DNA of 5,001 nucleotides from a virus: IMG/VR virus record IMGVR_UViG_3300045988_011848, positions 1 to 5,001 of that record; one strand, 5' to 3'. Shown piece by piece: positions 4,887 to 5,001 of this stretch (position 1 is its first letter; each line of letters starts with the position of its first letter). The notes under the pieces were generated by a model. It saw only the letters and a program-made list of their open reading frames with translations, ran no database searches and was not told where the DNA came from. The position numbers and the translations under genes were made by a program.

Positions 4887-4915
4887 GATCGCCCGCTTGC
4901 GGCGATCTTTTTTTT
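4887..4915 (+). terminator. Canonical intrinsic terminator closing the VP4-VP5-VP3 gene block
   Basis: The GC-rich stem gatcgcc (4887..4893) pairs with ggcgatc (4901..4907) around the 7-nt loop cgcttgc. Eight consecutive T follow (4908..4915). The T-run is the same sequence as window positions 2..9. Confidence 0.7.
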
Positions 4916-5001
4916 CAGATATCTCAACGATTTGCGCACGGGTACACACCGGAACCAGTTACTTACTTGATGTAACTGGTTCCGGTGACACCCCGATGCA
5001 C
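4907..5001. repeat. Second copy of the wrap-around segment (identical to 1..95), including the duplicate of the 16-bp stem-loop at 4947..4987
   Basis: It is identical to 1..95 in a base-by-base comparison. Confidence 0.95.

Overview
The window holds one complete circular ssDNA phage genome of the family Microviridae, with Gokushovirinae-type gene content. It has been linearised with a 95-nt wrap-around: positions 1..95 are identical to 4907..5001, so the genome unit is 4906 nt. All supported genes are on the + strand and tightly packed, with T-rich third codon positions. The order is VP1 major capsid (272..1897), a 20-aa hydrophobic mini-ORF (1907..1969), VP2 minor capsid/pilot (1971..2594), a 32-aa cationic amphipathic mini-ORF coupled to VP2 by an ATGA overlap (2591..2689), a 40-aa arginine/lysine-rich J/VP8-like DNA-binding protein (2697..2819), a 76-aa orphan ORF (2895..3125), the VP4 HUH rolling-circle replication initiator (3104..4021), VP5 (4018..4308) and the VP3 internal scaffold (4387..4836). 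I saw no tRNA, rRNA, CRISPR array, integrase or transposase. The main non-coding region is 341 nt on the circle (4837..4906 plus 1..271) and is highly structured. It contains a 9-bp hairpin, a canonical intrinsic terminator, a perfect 16-bp stem-loop and a second terminator-like hairpin just upstream of VP1. The loop of the 16-bp stem-loop carries ACTTGAT, the heptamer spanning the phiX174 gene-A nick site. The items most worth follow-up are this candidate origin stem-loop and the two unannotated membrane-type mini-ORFs flanking VP2, which could be lysis or membrane-active peptides in a subfamily with no defined E-type lysis gene. The orphan ORF and direct repeats in the VP8-VP4 spacer also merit a look. 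All homology statements come from motif recognition by eye. No database search was run.
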